Source: a virus
Taxonomy: Duplodnaviria; Caudoviricetes
DNA: 28,630 nt
Reading direction: 5' to 3' (one strand)
Virus record (IMG/VR): IMGVR_UViG_3300030376_003016
Span: 1 to 28,630 of that record
A model generated the notes under the pieces. It was not told the DNA's origin and searched no databases. It saw only the letters and a program-made list of their open reading frames with translations. The number at the start of each line of letters is the position of its first letter. Within the stretch, counting starts at the first letter, position 1. The translations under genes were made by a program, and so were the position numbers. Below are positions 25,953 to 28,630 of the stretch, piece after piece.

Positions 25953-28630
25953 TGGATGTTGTACTTAGAGTAGTCTATGATGGTAGTACTTATGATTTAG
26001 ACATAAATCAAGACATACCTCTACGAGTTGATATTTCAAAAGTAGATAACTCTAAGATAGGAGCAGTATATGGTGTAGGTTCTCAAACCTTTGACTTACC
26101 AGGTAGTAAAGAAAACAATAAATTTTTTAAACATGCATACAACGTAGGAGCAGATGATGTTCCTGCTTTTTATAATACTATAGATGCATATGTAATTTAT
26201 TTAGGAGAGACACTCTTAGAAGGAGAGTTACAGTTAAATGAAATTATAACCGATGAGAGTGGTTACATAACCTATAAAGTACAAATATACGATACTTCAG
26301 TACAGTTTAACACAGAGATAGAAGGTAAACTTATTAAGAATGCAAATTGGTCTAACTATAACCATACGTTAAATAAAAACGCAATGCCTAATAGTTGGAA
26401 TAACACACTATTGGCAGCACCTTATAGTTCTTCTATTTTTTACCCTATAGTTGATTATGGGTTTAATGACCCAGAGCAAGCTAATACAGCTTTTCCAAGA
26501 GTTCAGATGGAAAACATATCTGCTTCTGCTACCCCTTTAAATTTAGCTCAAATGTTACCTGCAATAAGTCTAAAAGATACTTTAGATGTAATATTTGATC
26601 AAGTTGGATTTACTTATACTGGTAGTTTTCAACATACAGAAGATTTTAGTAAAATATATATACTACCTAAACCTAAAGATGACTTAGGAGTAGGTTCGGG
26701 TACACAAAACACATTTGATGCTCAGTTAAACATTAGTCAAATATTAAACGTTATATCTGGTTCTAACTTTATAGTTCCTATACAGAATAATTTAGAGATA
26801 TCTGATCCTGGTGGTAACTATAATACAGGAACATACAGATATACAGCACCTGCCAATGGTGATTATAGTTTTTCAGCTACATTAAGAACAAACAATCCAT
26901 GTGTTGGAGCTTCTGATCCTAACTTTGCTCTAAGGATGTATATTATTATTTACGATGTAACTAATGCAACCAATGTTGGAAGTGAGTATATAGAGTATGA
27001 TGCCACTGATGGATCACTTCAAGATATTGCTGCTTCTGCTACCCTAACAGGTGTAACAGCAGGTACAGTTTACGAAACAAGAGTTGAATGGGATATAATA
27101 TCAGGTACTGGTAATTCAACTACACCGGTTATACTTGGTGGAGGAACAACTGCTTTTGGTTCTGATAGTGCCCCTGTTACTTTTGATGGTGTAACAGTAG
27201 ATATATCTGAACAATGGGAACCGTTAACTAAAACTTTAGATGTTTTAAAAGGTATAATGGATTTATTTAACTTAGTTATTGTACCTGTAGAAGGTAGTAA
27301 AACTCTGCTTGAAATACATACATTCGACGATTGGTTTAACTCAGGTACACAGGTTGACTGGGATGATAAGTGGGATACTTCTATAAGAAGATCAATAACT
27401 CATCCGGTACTAGAGCAACCTAAAAAATTACTATTTGACTACGAAGAAGATGAAGATAGAATTAGTAAATTAGCTTTAGATAGTGACCCTAACTACCAAT
27501 ACGGTACACTTGAGGTTATAGCTGATAATACTATTAGTCAAGGAGAAGAAGAGGTAGGTAGTTATTTTGGTCCTACTGTCTTAGCTTCTCAAACTACAGG
27601 TTCTAATTTAAGTTTAGATACAGGTAATACTTTTATTTTCCCACACCTATATAAATTTGAAAACTCAGAGCAACAAGCATATAAGTTTAAGCCAAGAATA
27701 GGGTTTAAGTCACAAAATAGTCTTACTGAAAATATATTTGTAGGGGAACCAGGAGATACAAGACAGATATCACAAAGTTATTTTACTTTATCTAACTTAG
27801 AAGAATTACCGAGCACTCCTACAGGTTCTAACTTACATTTTAATACGACTTATACTTCTTACATACCTTCTACCTACAATCAGTCAGGTAGTTTTTCTAA
27901 TTTTAATAAGTACTGGAAAACTTATATAGATAGTTTATATTGGGATGAAGGAAGAAAAGTAACACTAGATGTAAAGTTTGAACAAAACGAGTATAGAAGT
28001 ATAGAGTTAAACGATGTTATCTTTATAAAAGGCACACAGTATAGAATAAATAAAATTAAAGGGTTTAATTTAACAGATGATGATATAGCAACAGTAGAGC
28101 TGTTAAAACTTTACCCTGCATATGTTAATGTGCAAACACCGGCAGTTGTTCCGCCTACACCTACACCAACATTAGGGCCAACACCAACCCCAACGGCAAC
28201 ACCAACTCCAACACCAACGGCTACACCGACACCGACACCGACCCCTACTCCAAGTCCTACTCCTACGCCGACACCTACGCCTAGTCCGACACCTACACCA
28301 GTACCTCCGACTCCAACACCAACACCTGGTCCAACTCCTACACCAACTCCAACACCAGGACCAACACCTACACCAACACCAGTACCGTATAATTACTTTA
28401 CTGTTACTATTTGTCCAGGAGGAGGTAGTGCATCATATAGTAGTGTTAGAGCAACATTTGCAAGTGGAGTAACATCAGGAGATATAGTAGAAATGAATGA
28501 TGGTAGATGTTATGAGATAGATGAAACATCAGCACCAGCAAACACTAACGACTATATAAATGTATATGTAGATTGTGATGCTTGTTTAACAGCTAATCCA
28601 ACTCCTACACCAGTACCACCAACTCCAACA
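25952..28630 (+). CDS. Large tail-tip/hub protein, open at window end (missing from ORF track); ~1,140 aa if joined to 1..870
   Basis: ATG 25952 overlaps the upstream TAA; [79 protein letters not shown], then Pro-Thr repeats; no stop found in the stretches I translated. Confidence 0.85.
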   Translation, partial: MDVVLRVVYDGSTYDLDINQDIPLRVDISKVDNSKIGAVYGVGSQTFDLPGSKENNKFFKHAYNVGADDVPAFYNTIDAYVIYLGETLLEGELQLNEIITDESGYITYKVQIYDTSVQFNTEIEGKLIKNANWSNYNHTLNKNAMPNSWNNTLLAAPYSSSIFYPIVDYGFNDPEQANTAFPRVQMENISASATPLNLAQMLPAISLKDTLDVIFDQVGFTYTGSFQHTEDFSKIYILPKPKDDLGVGSGTQNTFDAQLNISQILNVISGSNFIVPIQNNLEISDPGGNYNTGTYRYTAPANGDYSFSATLRTNNPCVGASDPNFALRMYIIIYDVTNATNVGSEYIEYDATDGSLQDIAASATLTGVTAGTVYETRVEWDIISGTGNSTTPVILGGGTTAFGSDSAPVTFDGVTVDISEQWEPLTKTLDVLKGIMDLFNLVIVPVEGSKTLLEIHTFDDWFNSGTQVDWDDKWDTSIRRSITHPVLEQPKKLLFDYEEDEDRISKLALDSDPNYQYGTLEVIADNTISQGEEEVGSYFGPTVLASQTTGSNLSLDTGNTFIFPHLYKFENSEQQAYKFKPRIGFKSQNSLTENIFVGEPGDTRQISQSYFTLSNLEELPSTPTGSNLHFNTTYTSYIPSTYNQSGSFSNFNKYWKTYIDSLYWDEGRKVTLDVKFEQNEYRSIELNDVIFIKGTQYRINKIKGFNLTDDDIATVELLKLYPAYVNVQTPAVVPPTPTPTLGPTPTPTATPTPTPTATPTPTPTPTPSPTPTPTPTPSPTPTPVPPTPTPTPGPTPTPTPTPGPTPTPTPVPYNYFTVTICPGGGSASYSSVRATFASGVTSGDIVEMNDGRCYEIDETSAPANTNDYINVYVDCDACLTANPTPTPVPPTPT
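28136..28387 (+). repeat. Long Pro-Thr (mucin-like) coding repeat, ~84 codons
   Basis: [79 protein letters not shown]. Confidence 0.95.
28505..28630 (+). repeat. Terminal direct repeat, copy 2
   Basis: 123/126 identical to 1..126. Confidence 0.95.

Noticed and set aside
28136-28387. CRISPR array or non-coding satellite DNA
   Set aside because: Six-base periodicity with variable third positions shows an in-frame Pro-Thr coding repeat; there are no spacers
1-28630. Stop-codon reassignment, tRNA/rRNA genes, introns or inteins, prophage att sites
   Set aside because: The standard code gives dense, full-length genes ending in TAA, TAG and TGA; TerL, portal and capsid are uninterrupted; no cloverleaf, integrase or host flanks seen by eye

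Overview
The window looks like an essentially complete, circularly permuted ~28.5 kb genome of a small AT-rich tailed phage (HK97-fold, siphovirus-like). The host is probably Bacteroidota/Flavobacteriia, judging from GTTG-N20-TAnnTT promoters, no Shine-Dalgarno motifs, and familiar structural-gene motifs. Bases 1-126 recur at 28505-28630 with 3 synonymous differences, and one tail gene (25952->end, continuing at 1-870) crosses the junction. Head, packaging and tail genes are present: TerL, probable TerS, portal, XkdF-like protease, scaffold, capsid, tail tube, a frameshifted chaperone, tape measure, tail tip and fibre. There are also a sigma-like factor, three GIY-YIG nucleases, a P-loop kinase and a GNAT. 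Two things stand out. (1) A three-glycosyltransferase cassette (GT60 polypeptide-GlcNAc-transferase-like, minimal GT9-like, GT29 sialyltransferase-like) co-occurs with a tail protein carrying mucin-like Pro-Thr linkers between 4-Cys modules, suggesting a phage-encoded mucin-type virion O-glycosylation system. (2) I recognise no replication, recombination, integration or endolysin gene, which raises the possibility of a virion-complete but helper-dependent satellite-like phage. All family assignments come from motif recognition by eye, not database searches.
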